Assembly: GCA_973895155.1 (NCBI GenBank)
Contig: OZ316897.1
Location: 17,518,457 to 17,582,456, forward strand
DNA from: Marsupella aquatica
Lineage: Eukaryota; Plantae; Marchantiophyta
Reading direction: 5' to 3'
Length of the DNA: 64,000 bases
A program made the translations under genes and the position numbers. The notes under the pieces were generated by a model. It made no database searches. It saw only the letters and a program-made list of their open reading frames with translations, and was not told the DNA's origin. How positions within the stretch are numbered: position 1 is the stretch's first letter; the number at the start of each line of letters is the position of its first letter. This document shows, one piece after another, positions 63,320 to 64,000 of this stretch.

Positions 63320-64000
63320 TGTTGTGATAATATGAATGTCAATAATTGTGTATAGAGTCTTGAATGGTGTGTACATATAGTTGTGCCGGGTGACCGATTG
63401 GTCCGGTCAACGGGTAAAGTCAGGAAGAGTCTAACACCCCCTCTTGGATATATAGTGACTACTATGTAGACAACATAGACTATACCTATCATATCATGTT
63501 CATAGGAAATACATGGTATGAGTACAAGCGAGGTAGACTGCCTCGTTAAAAAACCTTTATCAACTCTAGCTATGTAAAAACTCTACCAGTGTAGTAGAGA
63601 AAAAGTATGAGTGCTAAAGGAAAAAGAGTGCAGCCTAACAGTCCTCGTCGTAATAAATGTCAATACTATATGAAGTTAGATGCTATAGTAAATCTAGCTT
63701 CAGGATCTGTCTTGAGAGTAAGTCGTCAGTAGTATCAATCACGGTGTAGCAGCAGCCTCCACAGTCATCATGCGTCGCATGCTCCGCAGTCCAATCGCCT
63801 GGCAGTGTCGGTGATGAACGGCTGGCGATAGTGATTTGGTAAAGAGATCCGCACAGTTGTCTGCACTTGAAATCTGCAAAATGTTGATCTCTGTTCCATG
63901 TAACTCATGGGTGTAGAAAAACTTTGGGCTATGTGCTTCACTCGATCGCCTTTGATGAATCCTTTCGTGATCTGCTGTATACATGCTGTGTTATCCTCAA
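63320..64000 (-). mobile_element. 3' end of a Ty1/copia element (Bianca-like), running off the window
   Basis: Minus-strand RNase H EDNTACIQQITKGFIKGDRVKHI / PKFFYTHEL...ADNCADLFTKSL, with a 1-bp frameshift between the two parts; PPT AAGAGGGGG followed by a short TG...CA LTR at 63436-63320 (117 bp). Confidence 0.85.

Noticed and set aside
62730-63355. 120-138 aa ORFs in the GC-rich block as host genes
   Set aside because: Open in several frames because of high GC and G tracts; more consistent with a retroelement UTR.

Overview
Eukaryotic land-plant nuclear DNA (GT-AG introns, plant gene families and plant TE types; a non-seed plant is my impression, not established). Four spliced host genes are supported: a trihelix transcription factor that appears to carry two tandem SH4/ASR3-type DNA-binding domains (+, 8526-10942), a chloroplast CRM-domain splicing factor CAF1 (-, 13574-16575), a mitochondrial phosphate carrier (-, 21948-24341) and a TORTIFOLIA1/SPIRAL2-like microtubule protein (+, 45671-49994). 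Mobile DNA includes a full-length Ty1/copia element (567-6869, TSD TCATG, one nonsense codon, unusually structured 1.6-kb leader), a non-autonomous Mutator-like element with a MITE nested in its TIR (29170-30947), further MITEs, truncated LINE ends (one with a 17-bp TSD), and the 3' end of a second copia element at the right edge. The most interesting signal is the trihelix gene: its second DNA-binding domain sits on a duplicated phase-1/phase-1 exon, so one- and two-domain isoforms could share one coiled-coil tail. Exon boundaries were read by eye and no database searches were run.
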